Source: Octopus bimaculoides (taxonomy: Eukaryota). Taken from it: a stretch of DNA of 64,000 nucleotides. Both the position numbers and the translations under genes were made by a program. Location of the stretch: NCBI RefSeq assembly GCF_001194135.2, contig NC_068981.1, positions 70,465,543 through 70,529,542 on the forward strand, given 5' to 3'. The notes under the pieces were generated by a model. It was not told the DNA's origin, did no database searches, and worked only from the letters and a program-made list of their open reading frames with translations. Positions within the stretch are counted from its first letter, which is position 1. Every line of letters starts with the position of its first letter. Shown in pieces: positions 63,957 to 64,000 of this stretch.

Positions 63957-64000
<44 letters not shown>
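63752..64000 (-). mobile_element. SINE C body plus internal (CA)n, running off the window
   Basis: tcttttacttgtttcagtcaattgactgcggctatgct..ggttgtcaagcgatgttgggg. Confidence 0.92.

Noticed and set aside
1-64000. CRISPR arrays, rRNA genes, prokaryotic operons
   Set aside because: No regularly spaced repeat-spacer structure, rRNA similarity or gene-dense coding; the window is eukaryotic repeat-rich DNA.

Overview
This is AT-rich eukaryotic (animal) draft-assembly DNA with 16 N-gaps and many (TA)n, (CA)n, (TAA)n and (GATA)n microsatellites. The SINE, LINE and Penelope repertoire looks like an octopus (coleoid cephalopod) genome; that assignment is an inference. No rRNA, true tRNA, CRISPR array or confidently named gene is present. 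Most ORF-track entries are artefacts of gaps or microsatellites. The recognisable coding relics are all transposons: four Penelope-like elements, several R4/Dong-type RLE LINE pieces, a Tx1/L1 3' end and a decayed Ty3/Gypsy RT. There are also at least four SINE families, three MITE-like elements and a probable non-autonomous Helitron. The most interesting observations are: (1) a cluster of candidate minus-strand Cys-rich exons at 26.0-28.2 kb whose exon end is duplicated as an 11-nt microexon at 22,979; (2) an HDV-like ribozyme fold at the 5' end of an internally deleted R4/Dong element; (3) two perfect fold-back palindromes, one with a templated loop; (4) LINE insertions into (TAA)n and (GATA)n microsatellites; (5) hammerhead relics in Penelope ends. 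All translations and alignments were done by eye, with no database searches.
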